64,000 bases of DNA from Escherichia coli (GTDB lineage: Bacteria > Pseudomonadota > Gammaproteobacteria > Enterobacterales > Enterobacteriaceae), in NCBI RefSeq assembly GCF_022846255.1, contig NZ_AP025682.1; one strand, 5' to 3'. Positions 34,707-46,120 of the stretch are shown piece after piece (the first letter of the stretch is position 1; each line of letters begins with the position of its first letter). The notes below the pieces were generated by a model, which saw nothing but the letters and a program-made list of their open reading frames with translations, searched no databases and was not told the DNA's origin. The position numbers were made by a program, and so were the translations under genes.

Positions 34707-34916
34707 ATGTTGACCACAACAAGCCACGACAGCGTATTGCTGCGTTCCGATGATCCCCTGCTCGACATGAACTACATCACCAGTTTCACCGGCATGACCG
34801 ACAAATAGTTTTATAAACTGATCAGTGAAGGCTATTTTCAAACTGGGCGGTACAAAAGCGAAGTGGAGCAGTGGATGCAGCAGCGAATAGAGGGAGCGTG
34901 GGGGCAGCAGGATGAA
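34707..34916 (+). pseudogene. alpA-like regulator pseudogene (in-frame amber at codon 34 replacing the conserved Trp; normal stop lost)
   Basis: Translation MLTTTSHDSVLLRSDDPLLDMNYITSFTGMTDK-stop-FYKLISEGYFQTGRYKSEVEQWMQQRIE parallels the intact AlpA at 29494-29700; TAG at 34806-34808. Confidence 0.5.
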
Positions 34917-35816
34917 ATGTGTTGTGATGCCGGTACGCTGGCATTGTGCAAAATGCCGGCGCTACTATTGTGGAAATCAGCCCTGTCCCTGGTGCTGGCG
35001 ATACTCCCTGCAGACATTCTCCGGTCAGCCAATAGGTTGTTGCTCTTTCCTGATCGATTCGTCATTCCATTCTTTTTGTTTATAATGGGCATTACACTGG
35101 TGTTGGCGTGTTTACCTGCGTGTCTGCACCGGTTCAGTAAAATTAGAAAAGTTCAGAGTCGGGGGAAATCCGGCGTTTTGTTCAGCAGGCGGTGGATCAC
35201 TGGCCAAATCTGTTGGCATTTCACTTCACGTTCCATTCGACAGAAGGAAACATCTACGGGCAACAGATTCATGCATTCTGCACTTCCTTTTACCAACAGA
35301 TACACAAACGTATTACTGCACGTACTCACACGACCAGTCCATCATCGCCGTTGGTGTTACACTGGCTGCTGGAACAACATGGAGGAGCAGTAATACGATG
35401 CGTATTGCTCCTCAGCCAGACGAGTATTTGTCATCCGCGAGCCAGCGTCACGGTTGATGAAGAATGTTCGAAACTGGTGGATTTATTGCAACAGATCTGG
35501 CCAGTGATAAGCACTGGCGGACAATGCCAAGTGGAAAGGTGTTTTCAGGTTGCCCGGGGTGATACATCAGAGCAATACGTTGCGTTAAAAACAGATGCGT
35601 TGTCGTTTGCTGTGTCGGATCACAAATCATCCGGTGCAGAGTAGTATTCTGGCTGTATTCTGGTAAATCAGCGTATTATCGATATATTATCGTACTATCA
35701 GAAACCGTATCGTCTGTTGATGGCTAGACTGGCCCCCCTGAATCTTCAGACAACCAATATCACTTATTTAAGTGATAGTCTTACTACTAGTTTTTAGACT
35801 AGTCATTGGAGAACAG

Positions 35817-36182
35817 ATGATTGATGTCTTAGGACCGGAGAAACGCAGACGGTGTACCACTCAGAAAAAATCGATATTGTTCAGCAGAGCCTTGAACCGG
35901 GGATGACAGTCTCTCTCGTTGCACGGCAACACGGTGTGGCAGCCAGTTATATCTCTGGCGCAAGCAATACCAGGAAGGAAGTCTCACTGCTGTGGCTGCC
36001 GGAGAGCAGGTTGTTCCGGCCTCTGAGCTTGCTGCCGCCATGAAGCAAATTAAAGAACTCCAGCGCCTGCTCGGCAAGAAAACGATGGAAATGAACTCCT
36101 TAAAGAGGCCGTCGAATATGGACGGGCAAAAAAGTGGATAGCGCACGCCCCTTATTGCCCGGGGATGAGGAGTAAACGTCGT
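35817..36182 (+). pseudogene. insC: IS2 orfA (insC) disrupted by frameshifts
   Basis: The frame from ATG 35817 stops after 29 codons; the conserved InsC segments ([53 protein letters not shown]) appear in three different frames. Confidence 0.5.
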
Positions 36183-36198
36183 CAGTCGTTGTCGCCGG

Positions 36199-37038
36199 GT
36201 GTCGCATGAGCAGTTGCACATCATTCTCAGACGAAGTGATGACTGGAAGGATGGCCGCCGCAGTCTTCACACTGATGATACGGATGTGCTTCTCCGGATA
36301 CATCATATCATCGGAGAGTTGCCCACGTATGGTTATCGTCGGGTATGGGCGCTGCTTCGCAGACAGGCAGAACTTGATGGTATGTCTGCGATCAATGCCA
36401 AACGTGTTTACCGGAACATGCGCCAGAATGCGCTGTTGCTTGAGCGAAAACCCGCTGTACCGCCATCGAAACAGGCACATACCGGCAGAGTGGCCGTGAA
36501 AGAAAGTAATCAGCGATGGTGCTCTGACGGGGTCGAGTTCCGCTGTGATAACGGAGAGAGACTGCGTGTCACATTCGCGCTGGACTGCTGTGATCGTGAG
36601 GCACTGCACTGGGCGGTGACCACCGGCGGCTTCAACAGTGAAACAGTACAGGACGTCATGCTGGGAGCGGTGGAACGCCGCTTCGGCAACGATCTTCCGT
36701 CGTCTCCAGTGGAGTCGCTGACGGATAATGGTTCATGCTACCGGGCTAATGAAACACGCCAGTTCGCCCGGATGTTGGGACTTGAACCGAAGAACACGGC
36801 GGTGCGGAGTCCGGAGAGTAACGGAATAGCAGAGAGCTTCGTGAAAACGATAAAGCGTGACTACATCAGTATCATGCCTAAACCAGACGGGTTAACGGCA
36901 GCAAAGAACCTTGCAGAGGCGTTCGAGCATTATAACGAATGGCATCCGCATAGTGCGCTGGGTTATCGCTCGCCACGGGAATATCTGCGGCAGCGGGCTT
37001 GTAATGGGTTAAGTGATAACAGATGTCTGGAAATATAG
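36199..37038 (+). CDS. insD: IS2 transposase orfB (InsD, DDE integrase-fold catalytic domain)
   Basis: 279-aa ORF recalled as InsD-like (...[13 protein letters not shown]...NQRWCSDG...[10 protein letters not shown]...[14 protein letters not shown]...). Confidence 0.8.
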   Translation: MSHEQLHIILRRSDDWKDGRRSLHTDDTDVLLRIHHIIGELPTYGYRRVWALLRRQAELDGMSAINAKRVYRNMRQNALLLERKPAVPPSKQAHTGRVAVKESNQRWCSDGVEFRCDNGERLRVTFALDCCDREALHWAVTTGGFNSETVQDVMLGAVERRFGNDLPSSPVESLTDNGSCYRANETRQFARMLGLEPKNTAVRSPESNGIAESFVKTIKRDYISIMPKPDGLTAAKNLAEAFEHYNEWHPHSALGYRSPREYLRQRACNGLSDNRCLEI

Positions 37039-37049
37039 GGGCAAATCCA

Positions 37050-37508
37050 AACATAGGTTGAGGTGTTTTGTCCATGCAGACGAATGCAATTAGCGACGTT
37101 GACTCCGGCCTGACGAGTTTGCTCTAGTAATGTTTCTCCATAAAAATCATTGCCTACAGCAGATATCAGATGTACATCCCGGCCCAGCAAAGCGAGATTA
37201 TGAGCGATATTGCGACCTACCCCACCAGCAGAGCAATAAATTCTGCCTGGATTAGAGGAGGTCTGTGGATAACTTATATCCGCTACACCACGAATATCCA
37301 TGTTAATCGCACCCAATGCGACACAATATTTTTGTTGAGTCAAGATGTAACCTTTACCTTTGATAGCCCCTTTACGCATTAGATCCATTATGTGCGCAGC
37401 GACACGCGAACGACTGATCTGCAAAATATCAGCAATTTCACTCTGTTGAATCAGTGGATTACGTCGCAGGATGCTGAGTATTTCTTTTTCTCTGTGATCC
37501 ATCGGCAT
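37050..37508 (-). pseudogene. HTH-containing PfkB-family sugar kinase (YeiI-like) gene truncated by the IS2 insertion
   Basis: N-terminal HTH (EKEILSILRRNPLIQQSEIADILQISRSRVAAHIMDLMRKG) followed by a ribokinase-type motif (GGVGRNIAHNLALLG). The reading frame runs straight into the IS2 right end at 37049. Confidence 0.5.
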
Positions 37509-38491
37509 GCTCCTGTCTGTTTATTTAATGTTCATAAAAATGATATTCAATGTCCTCTCATGAGTATTACTCAGGAAATAATATCGTCGAATTTTTTTCT
37601 GAGTAATAAGATATAATATATCAGTTTTTCTTAACAAATTGTAGGCTGATTTGAGTTGAATCCAGATGATTGAACTCATTCAGTCAAGCCAAATGATTGA
37701 GAAATTTCGTTTTCCGATATGTGATTGTTGCGTTGTGGTTGGGATAATGTAATCTATTTTCCATGTGGGAGAAAAAACCTTCACTATCGTGTAATCGTGG
37801 ATTCAATCTGGAACGACAACGTCCAACCATTGTTCTGCAACATGATGTGAGTGTCAGTTGGTGGTTCCGGATAAAGGAATAAAAGAAGATAGATTATTAA
37901 TCCCCTGATATATAACGCGATTTGTAATTAAATAGTCTTATTTGATGTTGAACGTTAAATAGCTTCTCTATTGTGATGTAACAATATACAGTGATTAATG
38001 ACAAGCATCTTGCAATGCATCTTACAATGTTATACTTTGATATTTTTGGCTGTGTTGGTCAGAGGCTGACTTCGCGGAATATTTATTTCGTAATTCAAAA
38101 AAATATTGATGTCTTTTTTATAAACCCAAAAATCGAATGAAAGAATCAGATTGTATATCTGATACAGATCATGGAAAAATGAATGTTCACTCGTATAGAC
38201 TCCTGATAAGTCAATAGTGAGTATAGTAAATATGATCATTTATTGTTTCGTTTTATCAATCTTATTGATTATTCTTCTGTTTTTCTTCTATTCTAAGAGA
38301 TGGGTGTCTGCTTTTTATAGATATCGTCAAAAGCGCTATCATCAGAAAGTCAGGGACAAAGCGTTTAATGCTTATGCAGAGGAAATGAAGAAAAAGAACA
38401 AAGATATAAAAAAATATAAACATTTCTGGCTTCCTCCACTCTGATTCATTAGTGTGTGTAGTTCCGATATCTTGTTTTACAGGAGAATATC

Positions 38492-38722
38492 ATGATCAAA
38501 GATTCAAAATCATCGAATAATGGCGAATATTTAACGACGAATGAAATTGTTAAGATGCAGTGGCTAATGAGTAAAGCTCGTGTTAATGCTGGCAAGTTAA
38601 AGAAACAAAACACCTCTGCATCTTCACAATCAGGAAAGAATGCCTCATATTTTCTAGAAGAATTAGTATCTAATAATCCAAAAAAATTAAAATCAGGTTG
38701 TGATAGCACAAGAGAAGAGTAA
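38492..38722 (+). CDS. Small hypothetical hydrophilic protein (76 aa) in an AT-rich region
   Basis: Good SD (AGGAGAA, 6-nt spacer) before the ATG; otherwise unsupported. Confidence 0.25.
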   Translation: MIKDSKSSNNGEYLTTNEIVKMQWLMSKARVNAGKLKKQNTSASSQSGKNASYFLEELVSNNPKKLKSGCDSTREE

Positions 38723-40732
38723 TACACCGATAAACTGCTCAGCAGGAATGTTCTCGGTCACGAGTCGCTCAACTGTTGTAAATATGGCATCGGGAACTAT
38801 ATATTTGAGTTTAGTTTATCTAATGACAGGAATCCTTGTGGTCGTCTTTTTCTTGAACGATGTAGGGGCTGCGCAAAGTGATTTTCCTGCTTCTGCATGC
38901 AGTCCTTCTAAGATCGTGAGAGAGAAAACATGGACATTGGGGAAAGCTGAGAGCATCAAATTATTTAACCACGACGATTTATCCCTGCTTTGTTGTACTG
39001 CCGTAATGCTTGAGCTGGATAGTCCTGAATCACGGGGAAATCTACGGCTCCCGATTTTTAATAGTTGCGACCTGATAAAACAGCACCGTATATCCTCGCA
39101 CTGAAGGGCCGGGTTTTACAGCGTACTGGATAATTGACTATGCGTTGAAGTACAAATTGATAATGCCAGCCTGAAAACAGAATTCTCTGATCTATTTACA
39201 AGACTATATACTTGACAACGACTCTCTTGTCAAGATATATTATTTGAGAGTACCCCTGTGCCACCCTGTTATGGCTATGACTCGTGTTGGTGGTATAGGG
39301 TACGCTCTGATACTTTTAATTAGGTGAATATAGCGGTTCATTTTGGAGTTTTAACGGGTAATGTGGTTGGATTGTAATCGTCCTCTGTATTATAAAGTCT
39401 GGAGGTTGCTTTTGTAGCAATATTCTGATCTGACTCCTGCAATTGGTTTCCAATGTTTACATCATAAAATCCATTTATAATGAGGATCAATTTGTAAACT
39501 ACCGAGATCCTTATTTGGGCTTTATACCAAACTTACCTACGGTTCACTCTAAATTAAGTCATTCTGTTAGTAGCTGGATTTGCTGCGAGCTGATATTTTT
39601 CATATTTTTATATCGTGATTACCTGTTATGGACTGTTCTGCAGCTTAGATCTTAGTCAAAGCTGTGTATATTCATTACTATCGTTATCTTTTACTCGTAG
39701 GATGATTATATTGCTACCTGTACCGTTTAGTCATCGTAAGTGTAGTGGTGGCCGAGGAACACCGGATCGGTATAAGGTGAAAAAGTGCTTTTTCAGGTAT
39801 CCGCGTCAATGTTATCGTAATTTTTAGTATGACGATAACCTGCCGTGACCAGCATTTTGGTTAATAATTTCAGTATAGTATCCAGTTGTAGGTCCTGGCG
39901 TGAATAGGACAAACGTATTATCTGCAAAAACAATGCTCGTTCGGAGTGTCAGTCAGTTATTCTGGTTGTATTGGATCGAGCCCTGATTGCGTGTGATATG
40001 GAAATACTCAGTTTCATAATTGGCGATATCCCGGGAAGAACTAACAAGCTGCGTTGTAGTTTTAACTTTTGCCACAATTTCGTCATATGCTGAATTACGG
40101 TTGCAGTTCCCGCCAGAATAATCGACAAAATCGTAGCCAGCGCTAATGAAATTTAATCAGTCATAAATGAAGAGTACGCTAAAGGTTTCTGGTACTAACA
40201 AAATTCGTTTTGCCATTTCAATCCTCTGTGCAGATAATTTATTGTTGGAATGAACAGATTCCGGTTAGAAAATCACATGTTGCAATCACGAGTGGGGCAG
40301 GTTGCTTGTTCGGGGAAATAATTTACCTTGATAAAATATTAAAATTGTATATCAAGTTCTAAATACATCTCAATAAAATAAACTAATTTATTTTATTCGT
40401 TAATAATAGTTTATTCTGGAGAGGTACAGACGCGGGCAGTTCACCCAGAATATGATTACTGATACGTACCTGGTTAAACAGCCCCGATGTTGATATTCAG
40501 TAATACGAAGTTTACGACTATTTATCTGATTTCATTGTTGGGGATTTTTAATCTCGACTTAATGCTAAATACGGGCCACTTTGATGTCAGCCTTATCTGA
40601 AGGTACCGATAATGAACGGACATTCTACTATATAAATAGTTCACGATTAGAACTAATTTGTAGTACTATTATGAGTAATAGTGAATCTGGGGAAAATCAG
40701 GACATGGAGCATGGCATCATCATTTTCACGCT

Positions 40733-41800
40733 TTGCAAAGCATGCAGCTGTTAATTTTACTGATACAGCAAATGAAAGATAAATTACGATTTGAAGTGAA
40801 TGATACTCAGGGCCGTTTCATCTTTCCGGAAACATGGTTCAATACACTTATAGATGAATTTGAGGAACTGGTTGAGGCATATGATGCGGAAAAAATATGT
40901 GGGAAAAACTATATAAGTGAACTCCAGCGTCTTACCGAGCAGGTGCCTGATTTTATCGATGCGTACGCTCATTTGGCATACGTGTTTCTGGAACAGAATG
41001 CGCCATATCAAGCCCTGGATATGGCGCTTAAAGGTTTAGCTGTAGGTAACCGTTTAATAACAGAAGGGTTCAATGGAGAAATTCTCTGGATATATCCAGA
41101 GAATCAACCCTACCTGCGGGCCCTTTATGCTACAATCCTTGCCAATATACATCTTCAACATCATCAGGATGCCGTCATACTTACGGATAAAATATTGACG
41201 TATAACCCAGAAGATAATCAGGCTGCACGATGGTTACTGGGACAAGAACTGTTACGTGCAGGCGAGCGTGATCGGGCGCTGACCCGGTATTCTGATGAAT
41301 TTTCACCTTATTGGTATGAACTTGGATTTCTGCTCTTTCTTAACGGAGAGTTCGTGACGGCAGCAACTGCTTTTCGCCACGGTTTTGCCACTAATATCTA
41401 TATTGCAGATATTTTATGTGGAAATCTACATCCCTTTCCACTTCCTCTGTGGCATAGTTTCTTGGGAGGACCAGACATCGCTGAAGATTATTATGCAACA
41501 TATGGTCTGTTCTGGGGGCAATATCCGGAAGCATTACTTTTCGTAAATTGGCTCTACAATCAGTCATCTGTGTTGAATGAAAGAGCAACAATAATTAAGT
41601 GTGCAGAAGCATTGTTGCGAGAAGATGATTACGAGGCATGCGAGAAGATTCTTAAAGAACAGAAGAGATTACAGGATAATATTGACGACAGGATTTCTGA
41701 GAAAATAGTTAGGAAATACCGAACATTGCAAGGGGATGAGATTTGGCCATGGATGTTACCGTCTTCAATTGATAAGGAGCTGTCCCCTTTTGATGAATAA
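40733..41800 (+). CDS. Hypothetical helical-repeat (TPR-like) protein
   Basis: 355-aa ORF of moderate GC inside an AT-rich region; repeated amphipathic helix pairs; true start may be the internal MKDKLRF. Confidence 0.5.
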   Translation: MQSMQLLILLIQQMKDKLRFEVNDTQGRFIFPETWFNTLIDEFEELVEAYDAEKICGKNYISELQRLTEQVPDFIDAYAHLAYVFLEQNAPYQALDMALKGLAVGNRLITEGFNGEILWIYPENQPYLRALYATILANIHLQHHQDAVILTDKILTYNPEDNQAARWLLGQELLRAGERDRALTRYSDEFSPYWYELGFLLFLNGEFVTAATAFRHGFATNIYIADILCGNLHPFPLPLWHSFLGGPDIAEDYYATYGLFWGQYPEALLFVNWLYNQSSVLNERATIIKCAEALLREDDYEACEKILKEQKRLQDNIDDRISEKIVRKYRTLQGDEIWPWMLPSSIDKELSPFDE

Positions 41801-42428
41801 ATATGTGTTGCACGTTTAATATATTAATCATGGCTGGGCGTATAAATCATCATGAAGAGGTATAAATTATAATTATACCATGATTATGAACACGCCCTTC
41901 ATTCTACATCTGTAGGGCGTGATCTTCTACTGAATTTGATTGTAATTATAGCAGTATCTGTATAATGGCTTTATCAGTGAGTTAATATTATGTCGTATGT
42001 AATATAGTAACAGAACAATAATATAAAAATTAAGCTGAGTGTGGATATAAAAGAAAGTTTGTTATAGATTAAATGAAATACCCTCAGAAATATTCTGATG
42101 TAAGGTTATACATAATTGTCGACTATAATCGTATGATATTACATGAGTTTTTAGTGAGTGTGCGATTTCATGTCAGAAATGGATTGTAATGTTTTGTACA
42201 TAAGCATATTTGAGTGCTAAGTGCCTGATGGATATATGTTAAAATATATAACCCTTTGAGTACATTGTCCAAATGGATATAAGAGATAATTTATTATATC
42301 AAAAAATCTGATAACTGAAAACCTCTTGTGTCCCAATAAATAAGCTTAGTTTTAGAAAAATGAGATGAATTTATACAGTGATGCCCTATGAAGCTATTAT
42401 CATGATAGTCATGACACATAATTCTCGT

Positions 42429-43739
42429 TTATTTTAATGGACTAATATCACTATTATTATCGCTATCTGTGATTTTTTCCCCATTCACGGAGATCATTCC
42501 CTGGATATATGAATCCCATAGATGTACGTCACCTTTATGAAAAATAATGCATGACATTGCGATTTTTTGTACTTTATATATCTGTTTATAGTATTCTTCT
42601 GAGTTTAATGGTGTATCTTTCAAGCTTTCATTCCTTGCTGGAAGAATCTTGACGGGACAGATAAAATCTGTATCCCCGAGTGAAAAGACATTAACTCCGG
42701 TTATAAAAAAGATACCCGGAATGTCTTGATGCAATCTCGTATTCCAGACTTGAGGATTAAACAGTTTATATGAATATTTATTTACATCTATATAATATTG
42801 ATGAGGACGCCAATCACTGATACCCGACATACTCATCGTCATATTGATAATTATATCAGGAATAGGTTTGAATAATACACTTAGAATGAACAATATGGCA
42901 GGAGGGAGTATTGCGATAGATAGCAAAGAGTTCAACCCTTCTTCTTGTTTTTCTTCTTGCTCATTTATCACTATCACACCTGGCAACATTCCTAAAAAGA
43001 TAAAAGCTAATGCAATGCAAGAAAATGATAGAAACTGTGATAAGATATCTGCACTCTCTTCAAGTCTGATCTTATTTGTCAAAAATAGCAGGGGGATAAT
43101 CTGAACAAGCCCGGGTAGAATTAAACATAAAGGAAGAGTGTATCTTATCCTGTTCCTGGGACGATATTGTTCGTGATTCTCGTGATTCTCGTGATTCTCG
43201 TGATTCTCGTGATTCTCGTGATTCTCAATGTTCTGTTCCCGAGGGGTATTTTTAGTGAATATTAATTTTTCTGAGAGGAAATATGAGACGAAATAATTAA
43301 ATAATACTATTAGTATTACTTCTGATATGGATGGATATAGAGTATTTTCTTCTGAAAAGGTAGACAGAACTGACTTTAGCACTAATGAAAAATAGAAAAC
43401 AACACTGTTCATATAGCAAATTATAGCAATTCTGTGCGCGATTCCTTTGTGATTTTTATAATAGTCTTTATGCCATGTATATGTATACACCAATACATGA
43501 GAAGATATAAAAATCAGTGAGGTTAGAGCCATTAGAGATAAAAGGATAAATATAAAGATAACACTTAAATAAAACTTTATGTCTATTGAGTCGAAAAACA
43601 AATCAAGTCTACCGAGTCCTTGCAGATAGAACCATATTGCAGATATGGCGCATCCTGTACTAAATACAGAAGACGTTAACATGGCGAGAAAAGCTTTATT
43701 ATTTAAATGTGAAAAGATAGATCTATTCATTATAAGCAC
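42429..43739 (-). CDS. Hypothetical polytopic membrane protein with an (ENH)6 His-rich repeat loop and a C-terminal soluble domain
   Basis: 436-aa very AT-rich ORF with multiple hydrophobic segments; 9-bp tandem repeat encodes ENHENHENHENHENHENH. Confidence 0.5.
   Translation of the reverse strand: MLIMNRSIFSHLNNKAFLAMLTSSVFSTGCAISAIWFYLQGLGRLDLFFDSIDIKFYLSVIFIFILLSLMALTSLIFISSHVLVYTYTWHKDYYKNHKGIAHRIAIICYMNSVVFYFSLVLKSVLSTFSEENTLYPSISEVILIVLFNYFVSYFLSEKLIFTKNTPREQNIENHENHENHENHENHENHEQYRPRNRIRYTLPLCLILPGLVQIIPLLFLTNKIRLEESADILSQFLSFSCIALAFIFLGMLPGVIVINEQEEKQEEGLNSLLSIAILPPAILFILSVLFKPIPDIIINMTMSMSGISDWRPHQYYIDVNKYSYKLFNPQVWNTRLHQDIPGIFFITGVNVFSLGDTDFICPVKILPARNESLKDTPLNSEEYYKQIYKVQKIAMSCIIFHKGDVHLWDSYIQGMISVNGEKITDSDNNSDISPLK
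43172..43225. repeat. 9-bp tandem repeat (CGTGATTCT)x6 inside the membrane-protein CDS (in-frame, encodes (ENH)6 on the - strand)
   Basis: Direct reading. Confidence 0.9.
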
Positions 43740-43945
43740 ATCATATTCTGTTGAGTATATGTCGATTTTATAATGTCATGTTCATGCAGATAATATCATA
43801 AGTAACATTAGTTGAACAAGAACAGAGTTGTAACAGATAAAGATCTCGTTGTTAGTTACATGATCTGATAAATGTTAGCATGAAATAGTAACTATATGAA
43901 GGATATAAGAACCTGTATCATAATGTCATATGCGTTATATCTGAT

Positions 43946-44707
43946 TCAGATATATTTTAATTTTGCTGATAGTTCTCGACATGCTTCAAGAACCAAAGTG
44001 GAATAATATTCTACTTTTTCTTTTGGCATTTGAATTTCCACACCACTAATGCTGATAGCAGCAATTGCTTCTCGAGCCTGATTAAACACCGGGGCGGCAA
44101 TGCAATAAATTCCTGGTGAATCTTCTGCGTTATCAAAAGCCCATCCTCGCTCACGAATACGTGCAAACTCTAGTATTAGATCAGATTTCCGAGTGATTGT
44201 CGTTTGCGTAAATCGAGGCAATGCCTCCTCAGGTAGTAAAGTGTCAATGACGTCTTGAGGTAACCATGCGCATAACGCTTTCCCCACCCCTGAGCTATGG
44301 AGTGGCAGCTTCTTACCTACCCACGTTCTGATACCAATTGGTTGAGTGCTTTCGAGTTTTAAGATATAGATTGGAGCGACTTCCTCAAGAATGCCTAAAT
44401 GGCAGATAAGATCAGTACTATCTCTCAGTTTTTCCAGCACCGGTCTCGCTACCTTACTTATGTCAAACTGTTCTAGCGAGCGATTTCCCCATTCATATAA
44501 TTTCAGTCCAAGGAAAAAACGCCCCCTTTCCTGACGTAACAAATGGTGTTCGACCAGAGCATTCAGTAAAGATGATGTGCTGCTTTTAGGCAGAGCCAGA
44601 TCTTGCTGGATTTGACTGAATGTGGCACCAGGAGAGTTGAAAAGATAATTGCAGATTCTGACTGTTTTATCGAGTGCTGGTACTGGTGTTCTTGTTTGAT
44701 TATTCAT
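43946..44707 (-). CDS. IclR-family transcriptional regulator
   Basis: 253-aa ORF with N-terminal HTH and C-terminal IclR effector domain; divergent from the catabolic operon. Confidence 0.8.
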   Translation of the reverse strand: MNNQTRTPVPALDKTVRICNYLFNSPGATFSQIQQDLALPKSSTSSLLNALVEHHLLRQERGRFFLGLKLYEWGNRSLEQFDISKVARPVLEKLRDSTDLICHLGILEEVAPIYILKLESTQPIGIRTWVGKKLPLHSSGVGKALCAWLPQDVIDTLLPEEALPRFTQTTITRKSDLILEFARIRERGWAFDNAEDSPGIYCIAAPVFNQAREAIAAISISGVEIQMPKEKVEYYSTLVLEACRELSAKLKYI

Positions 44708-45204
44708 AAAAAAATAACATATGATTTCTTACCAATGCTAAATAGTATACCCCAATCTTTATTAATGCATAGTGATGCTTAATCATTATGTTGCAGTTGA
44801 TCGACACAGGGGGACAAGAGTAGTTGTGTCACTGCCACATCACCCGGCATGCGATTTCACATCGGGATGTTCGAGAAGCATCAATGCTGCGCCCAAGATC
44901 CACCGAAAAGAAACGTGGGAATCACCGGCGGTGGGATTCATTGTCTATGCCCGTGTAGATTAGTGTGGATTTGCTGCACAGATGGTTCCGGTCTGAGAAA
45001 TGGGTAAATTCGTCGTTTACGACGGGAAGCTGCCTACACATGTTATACATCGTCTTCGTGTATCAACATGCTCCTATAAACTCGACTCAACTCACATTTT
45101 TCATTTCACATTGTAAAAACCTTTGACATGCAGAACCTTATTCTGATTCATTATATTCAACATGAAGAACTTTTGTTCCATATACAGAACTTAGTGAGAG
45201 CGAT

Positions 45205-46104
45205 ATGTTGACAGCGTTTAGAGGTATTTTTCCGCCGGTTCCTACTATTGTTGACGCACAGGGGAAACTGGATAAGACGGGTATGGCCCGAATGATTGAC
45301 CATGTAATAGAGAATGGTGCAAACGGAATGCTGATCCTAGGCAGTGGGGGCGAATTCTCACAATTTTCTTCCCAACAACGAAAAGAGATAGCAGCATTTT
45401 GTTTAAATCATGTAGATGGAAGAGTGCCTGTACTGGTGGGGGTTGCTTGTGCCGGGACAGCAGAAACTATTGAGCTGGGACGCCATGCTTATGAGCACGG
45501 AGCTGATGGTGTGCTGGTTGTTAATCCGTATTATGCAAAACTCAGCGATGATGCCCGGTTTATGCATTATAAATCTATTGCTGATACACTTGAAATCCCG
45601 GTGTTTCTCTATAACTTTCCTGATTTAACCGGCCAGGATATTGGACTTGAAGTCATTACCCGGCTGGCCCGGGAAGTTCCTAATATCGTGGGTATCAAAG
45701 ATACAATCGATAACATCAGTCATACCCGAGAAATTATCAACCGTGTACATTCATTTCGTCCGGATTTCATTATATTCAGTGGTTATGACGAATATATGCT
45801 GGACACTCTGTTACTGGGTGGTCATGGCGGTATTCCGGCAACATTCAATTTTGCTCCGGAAATCACACGGGGTATTTATCAGGCTGTTATGGAAAATGAT
45901 CTTGATAAGGCGCGTTATTTCCAACAACAACTGGCAAAATTGTCTCCGTTGTATGCGCTTGAGCAACCTTTCTTTGGGGTGATAAAGACCGCCATCAAAC
46001 TGAGTGGACTGGACATATCTACTGCAGTTATGGCACCGGCTCTTCCGCTCAGTGATGAGAAAATATCCAGAGTAAAATCCATTCTGGAACAAATTCATCA
46101 GTAA
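45205..46104 (+). CDS. DapA/NanA-family class I aldolase/lyase (dihydrodipicolinate synthase-like)
   Basis: 299-aa ORF with family motifs (GSGGEF, NPYY, Schiff-base lysine context IVGIKDT). Confidence 0.8.
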   Translation: MLTAFRGIFPPVPTIVDAQGKLDKTGMARMIDHVIENGANGMLILGSGGEFSQFSSQQRKEIAAFCLNHVDGRVPVLVGVACAGTAETIELGRHAYEHGADGVLVVNPYYAKLSDDARFMHYKSIADTLEIPVFLYNFPDLTGQDIGLEVITRLAREVPNIVGIKDTIDNISHTREIINRVHSFRPDFIIFSGYDEYMLDTLLLGGHGGIPATFNFAPEITRGIYQAVMENDLDKARYFQQQLAKLSPLYALEQPFFGVIKTAIKLSGLDISTAVMAPALPLSDEKISRVKSILEQIHQ

Positions 46105-46120
46105 TCACGAGGGACGCAGG

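Larger units (their letters stand above)
35725..37049 (+). mobile_element. IS2 (IS3 family) insertion sequence copy with degenerate orfA
   Basis: Left end TAGACTGGCCCCCCTGAATCT... and right end ...CTGGAAATATAGGGGCAAATCCA recalled as IS2 termini; about 1325 bp; encodes InsC/InsD-like products. Confidence 0.85.

Noticed and set aside
36100-36609. 169-aa - strand ORF and 97-aa + strand ORF inside IS2
   Set aside because: Both are alternative frames within the IS2 orfB region and are explained by the transposase gene.
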